Of a stretch of 64,000 bases of DNA, positions 56,901 to 64,000 are shown one piece after another; position 1 is the stretch's first letter, and each line of letters begins with the position of its first letter. Under the pieces are notes generated by a model. That model made no database searches and was not told the DNA's origin. It saw nothing but the letters and a program-made list of their open reading frames with translations. The stretch lies in the NCBI GenBank assembly GCA_964016885.1, contig OZ024742.1, positions 3,844,001-3,908,000 of the forward strand. The letters run 5' to 3'. The position numbers were made by a program, and so were the translations under genes. The DNA is from Eledone cirrhosa. Lineage: Eukaryota.

Positions 56901-59900
56901 TCGGACACCATCAACCGTCAGACACCATCAACCGTCAGACTCCATCAACTGTCAGACACCATCAACCGTCAAGCACCATCAATTGTCGGACACCATCAAC
57001 CGTCAGACACCATCAACTGTCAGACACCATCAACTGTCGGACACCATCAACCGTCAAACACCATCAACTGTCAGACACCATCAACTGTCAGACACCATCA
57101 ACCGTCAGCACCATCAACTGTCAGACACCATCAACCGTCAGACACCATCAACTGTCAGACACCATCAACTGTCGGACACCATCAACCGTCAGACACCATC
57201 AACTGTCAGACACCAACAACTGTCAGACACCATCAACCGTCAGACACCATCAACCGACAGACACCATCAACTGTCAGACCGCATCAACTGTCAGACACCA
57301 TCAACCGTCAGATACCATCAACCGTCAGACACCATCAACCGTCAGACACGATCAACTGTCAGACACCATCAACTGTCAGACACCATCAACCGTCAGACAC
57401 CATCAACTGTCAGCCACGATCAACCGTCAGACACCATCAACTGTCAGACACCATCAACCGTCAGACACCATCAACTGTCAGACACCATAAACTGTCAGAC
57501 ACCATCAACTGTCAGACACCATCAACCGTCAAGCACCATCAACTGTCAGACACCATCAACTGTCAGACACCATCAACTGTCAGACACCATCAACCATCAG
57601 ACACCATCAACTGTCGGACACCATCAACCGTCTAAGCACCATCAACTGTCGGACACCATCAACTGTTAGACACCATCAACTGTCGGACACCCTCAACCGT
57701 CAGATACCATCAACTGTCAGACACCATCAACAGTCAGATACCATCAACTGTCAGACACCATCAACCGTCAGACGCCATCAACCGTCAGATACCATCAACT
57801 GTCAGACACCATCAACAGTCAGACACCATCAACTATCAGACACCGTCAATTGTCAGACACCATCAACCGTCAGACACCATCAACCGTCAGATACCATCAA
57901 CTGTCAGACACTATCAACAGTCAGACACCATCAACTGTCAGACACCATCAATTGTCAGACACCATCAACCGTCAGACACCATCAACTGTCAGACACCATC
58001 AACTGTCGGACACCATCAACCGTCAGACACCATCAACTGTCAGACACCATCAACTGTCAGACACCATCAACAGTCAGACACCATCAACCGACAGACACCA
58101 TCAACTGTCAGACACCATCAACTGTCAGACACCATCAACTGTCAGACACCATCAACCGTCAGACACCATCAACTGTCAGACACCATCAACCGTCAGACAC
58201 CATCAAACGTCAAACACCATCAACCGTCAGACACCATCAACCGTCAGACACTCTCAACTGTCAGACACCATCAACCGTCAGACACACTCAACTGTCAGAC
58301 ACCATCAACCGTCAGACACCATCAACTGTCAGACACCATCAACTGTCAGACACCATCAACGGTCAGACACCATCAACCGACAGACACCATCAACTGTCAG
58401 ACACCATCAACCGTCAGACACACTCAACTGTCAGACACCATCAACCGTCAGACACCATCAACCGTCAGACACCATCAAACGTCAGACACCATCAACCGTC
58501 AGACACCATCAACTGTCAGACACCATCAACCGTCAGACACTCTCAACTGTCAGACACCATCAACTGTCAGACACCATCAACTGTCAGACACCATCAACCG
58601 TCAGACACCATCAACTGTCAGACACCATCAACCGTCAGACACCATCAACCGTCAGACACCATCAACCGTCAGACACCATCAACCGTCAGACACCATCAAC
58701 TGCCAGACACCATCAACCGTCAGACACCATCAACTGTCAGACACCATCAACTGTCGAACACCATCAACTGTCAGACACCATCAACTGTCAGACACCATCA
58801 ACTGTCAGACACCCTCAACCGTCAGACACCATCAACCGACAGACACCATCAACTGTCAGACCGCATCAACTGTCAGACACCATCAACCGTCAGACACCAT
58901 CAACCGTCAGACACCATCAACCGTCAGACACCATCAACTGTCAGACACCATCAACTGTCAGACACCATCAACTGTCAGACACCATCAACCGTCAGACACC
59001 ATCAACTGTGAGACACCATCAACCGTCAGACACCATCAACTGTCAGACACCATCAACCGTCAGACACCATCAACCGTCAGACACCATCAACCGTCAGACA
59101 CCATCAACCGTCAGACACCATCAACTGTCAGACTCCATCAACTGTCAGACACCATCAATCGTCAGACACCATCAACTGTCAGACACCATCAACCGTCAAG
59201 CACCATCACCTGTCAGACACCATCAACCGTCAGACACCATCAACTGTCAGACACCATCAACTGTCGGACACCATCAACCGTCATACACCATCAACTGTCA
59301 GACACCAACAACTGTCAGACACCATCAACCGTCAGACACCATCAACCGTCAGACACCATCAACTGTCAGACACCATCAACTGTCAGACTACATCAACTGT
59401 CAGACACAATCAACTGTCAGACACCATCAACTGCCAGACACCATCAACCGTCAGAAACCATCAACTGTCAGACACCATCAACCGTCAGACACCATCAAAT
59501 GTCAGACACCATAAACTGTCAGACACCAGCAAGTGTCAGACACCATCAAACGTCAGACATCATCAACCGTCAGACACGATCAACCGTCAGACGCCATCAA
59601 CTGTCAGACACCATCAACTGTCAGACACCATCAACCGTCAAGCACCATCAACTGTCAGACACCATCAACTGTCAGACACCATCAACTGTCAGACACCATC
59701 AACCATCAGACACCATCAACTGGCGGACACCATCAACCGTCTACGCACCATCAACTGTCGGACACCATCAACTGTCAGCCACCATCAACTGTCGGACACC
59801 ATCAACCGTCAGATACCATCAACTGTCAGACACCATCAACCGTCAAGCACCATCAACTGTCAGACACCATCAACTGTCAGACACCATCAACTGTCAGACA

Positions 59901-62900
59901 CCATCAACCATCAGACATCATCAACTGTCGGACACCATCAACCGTCTAAGCACCATCAACTGTCGGACATCATCAACTGTCAGACACCATCAACTGTCGG
60001 ACACCATCAGCCGTCAGATACCATCAACTGTCATACACCATCAACAGTCAGATACCATCAACTGTCAGACACCATCAACAGTCAGACACCATTAACTGTC
60101 AGACACCATCAATTGTCAGACACCATCAACCGTCAGACACCATCAACCGTCAGATACCATCAACTGTCAGACACTATCAACAGTCAGACACCATCAACTG
60201 TCAGACACCATCAATTGTCAGACACCATCAACCGTCAGACACCATCAACCGTCAGATACCATCAACTGTCAGACACCATCAACAGTCAGACACCATCAAC
60301 TGTCAGACACCATCACTTGTCAGACACCATCAACCGTCAGACACCATCAACTGTCAGACACCATCAACTGTCAGACACCATCAACAGTCAGACACCATCA
60401 ACTGTCAGACACCATCAACTGTCAGACACCATCAACCGTCAGACATCATCAACCGTCAGACACCATCAACTGTCAGACACCATCAACTGTCAGACACCAT
60501 CAACCGTCAGATACCATCAACTGTCAGACACCATCAACAGTCAGACACCATCAACTGTCAGACACCATCAATTGTCAGACACCATCAACCGTCAGACACC
60601 ATCAACCGTCAGATACCATCAACTGTCAGACACTATCAACAGTCAGACACCATCAACTGTCAGACACCATCAATTGTCAGACACCATCAACCGTCAGACA
60701 CCATCAACCGTCAGATACCATCAACTGTCAGACACCATCAACAGTCAGACACCATCAACTGTCAGACACCATCAATTGTCAGACACCATCAACCGTCAGA
60801 CACCATCAACTGTCAGACACCATCAACTGTCAGACACCATCAACAGTCAGACATCATCAACTGTCAGACACCATCAACTGTCAGACACCATCAACCGTCA
60901 GACATCATCAACCGTCAGACACCATCAACTGTCAGACACCTTCAACCGTCAGACACCATCAACTGTCAGACACCATCAACTATCAGACACCATCAACCGT
61001 CAGACACCATCAACTGTCAGACACCATCAACCGTCAAGCACCATCAACTGTCAGACACCATCAACTGTCAGACACCATCAACTGTCAGACACCATCAACT
61101 GTCGGACACCATCAACCGTCAGACACCATCAACTGTCAGACACCATCAACTGTCAGACACCATCAACCGTCGGACACCATCAACCGACAGACACCATCAA
61201 CTGTCAGACCGCATCAACTATCAGACACCATCAACCGTCAGACACCATCAACCGTCAGACACCATCAACCGTCAGACACCATCAACCGTCAGACACCATC
61301 AACTGTCAGACTCCATCAACTGTCAGACACCATCAACCGTCAAGCACCATCAATTGTCGGACACCATCAACCGTCAGACACCATCAACTGTCAGACACCA
61401 TCAACTGTCGGACACCATCAACCGTCAAACACCATCAACTGTCAGACACCATCAACTGTCAGACACCATCAACCGTCAGCACCATCAACTGTCAGACACC
61501 ATCAACCGTCAGACACCATCAACTGTCAGACACCATCAACTGTCGGACACCATCAACCGTCAGACACCATCAACTGTCAGACACCAACAACTGTCAGACA
61601 CCATCAACCGTCAGACACCATCAACCGACAGACACCATCAACTGTCAGACCGCATCAACTGTCAGACACCATCAACCGTCAGATACCATCAACCGTCAGA
61701 CACCATCAACCGTCAGACACCATCAACTGTCAGACACCATCAACTGTCAGACACCATCAACCGTCAGACACCATCAACTGTCAGCCACGATCAACCGTCA
61801 GACACCATCAACTGTCAGACACCATCAACCGTCAGACACCATCAACTGTCAGACACCATAAACTGTCAGACACCATCAACTGTCAGACACCATCAACCGT
61901 CAAGCACCATCAACTGTCAGACACCATCAACTGTCAGACACCATCAACTGTCAGACACCATCAACCATCAGACACCATCAACTGTCGGACACCATCAACC
62001 GTCTAAGCACCATCAACTGTCGGACACCATCAACTGTTAGACACCATCAACTGTCGGACACCCTCAACCGTCAGATACCATCAACTGTCAGACACCATCA
62101 ACAGTCAGATACCATCAACTGTCAGACACCATCAACCGTCAGACGCCATCAACCGTCAGATACCATCAACTGTCAGACACCATCAACAGTCAGACACCAT
62201 CAACTATCAGACACCGTCAATTGTCAGACACCATCAACCGTCAGACACCATCAACCGTCAGATACCATCAACTGTCAGACACTATCAACAGTCAGACACC
62301 ATCAACTGTCAGACACCATCAATTGTCAGACACCATCAACCGTCAGACACCATCAACTGTCAGACACCATCAACTGTCGGACACCATCAACCGTCAGACA
62401 CCATCAACTGTCAGACACCATCAACTGTCAGACACCATCAACAGTCAGACACCATCAACCGACAGACACCATCAACTGTCAGACACCATCAACTGTCAGA
62501 CACCATCAACTGTCAGACACCATCAACCGTCAGACACCATCAACTGTCAGACACCATCAACCGTCAGACACCATCAAACGTCAAACACCATCAACCGTCA
62601 GACACCATCAACCGTCAGACACTCTCAACTGTCAGACACCATCAACCGTCAGACACACTCAACTGTCAGACACCATCAACCGTCAGACACCATCAACTGT
62701 CAGACACCATCAACTGTCAGACACCATCAACGGTCAGACACCATCAACCGACAGACACCATCAACTGTCAGACACCATCAACCGTCAGACACACTCAACT
62801 GTCAGACACCATCAACCGTCAGACACCATCAACCGTCAGACACCATCAAACGTCAGACACCATCAACCGTCAGACACCATCAACTGTCAGACACCATCAA

Positions 62901-64000
62901 CCGTCAGACACTCTCAACTGTCAGACACCATCAACTGTCAGACACCATCAACTGTCAGACACCATCAACCGTCAGACACCATCAACTGTCAGACACCATC
63001 AACCGTCAGACACCATCAACCGTCAGACACCATCAACCGTCAGACACCATCAACCGTCAGACACCATCAACTGCCAGACACCATCAACCGTCAGACACCA
63101 TCAACTGTCAGACACCATCAACTGTCGAACACCATCAACTGTCAGACACCATCAACTGTCAGACACCATCAACTGTCAGACACCATCAACCGTCAGACAC
63201 CATCAACCGACAGACACCATCAACTGTCAGACCGCATCAACTGTCAGACACCATCAACCGTCAGACACCATCAACCGTCAGACACCATCAACCGTCAGAC
63301 ACCATCAACTGTCAGACACCATCAACTGTCAGACACCATCAACTGTCAGACACCATCAACCGTCAGACACCATCAACTGTGAGACACCATCAACCGTCAG
63401 ACACCATCAACTGTCAGACACCATCAACCGTCAGACACCATCAACCGTCAGACACCATCAACCGTCAGACACCATCAACCGTCAGACACCATCAACTGTC
63501 AGACTCCATCAACTGTCAGACACCATCAATCGTCAGACACCATCAACTGTCAGACACCATCAACCGTCAAGCACCATCACCTGTCAGACACCATCAACCG
63601 TCAGACACCATCAACTGTCAGACACCATCAACTGTCGGACACCATCAACCGTCATACACCATCAACTGTCAGACACCAACAACTGTCAGACACCATCAAC
63701 CGTCAGACACCATCAACCGTCAGACACCATCAACTGTCAGACACCATCAACTGTCAGACTACATCAACTGTCAGACACAATCAACTGTCAGACACCATCA
63801 ACTGCCAGACACCATCAACCGTCAGAAACCATCAACTGTCAGACACCATCAACCGTCAGACACCATCAAATGTCAGACACCATAAACTGTCAGACACCAG
63901 CAACTGTCAGACACCATCAAACGTCAGACATCATCAACCGTCAGACACGATCAACCGTCAGACGCCATCAACTGTCAGACACCATCAACTGTCAGACACC
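14935..64000. repeat. 17-bp satellite DNA array (consensus ATCAAC[T/C]GTCAGACACC), ~2,900 monomers, with higher-order duplications; runs off the window
   Basis: Uninterrupted head-to-tail monomers in one orientation, with rare 15/16/18/20-bp variants and recurring variant strings at fixed offsets. Confidence 0.99.

Noticed and set aside
14921-63885. Dozens of long + strand ORFs (up to 1130 aa) as protein-coding genes
   Set aside because: They overlap in all three frames, mostly begin at chance TTG/GTG/ATG variants and follow directly from a stop-free 17-bp monomer. There is no unique domain or codon-level signal.
14935-64000. CRISPR array or telomeric repeat
   Set aside because: No unique spacers or cas genes, a eukaryotic context, and the monomer is not a TTAGGG-type repeat.

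Overview
AT-rich, microsatellite-dense eukaryotic DNA with no recognisable host gene. The SINE family and repeat landscape resemble an octopus/cephalopod genome (inference). Bases 1-14.9 kb contain tRNA-derived SINEs (two with clear TSDs, two inverted pairs), a 5'-truncated RTE-clade LINE (RT with an internal PHD-like finger and one premature stop), a 38-bp minisatellite and many (TA)n/(GT)n tracts. They also contain a set of short (TA)n-flanked fold-back elements built as (TA)n - ~80 bp unique segment - long palindrome - (TA)n. One of these (5397-5800) carries a complete minimal hammerhead ribozyme on each strand, the hallmark of Penelope-like retroelement pLTRs and related small retroelements. 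From 14935 to the window end lies a ~49-kb array of a 17-bp satellite (ATCAACYGTCAGACACC, ~2,900 monomers) with nested higher-order duplications (102/153 bp, 1.2-5.3 kb, 8.2 kb, 15.6 kb). It starts directly next to a diverged member of the fold-back family. All long ORFs in the array are artefacts of a stop-free monomer.
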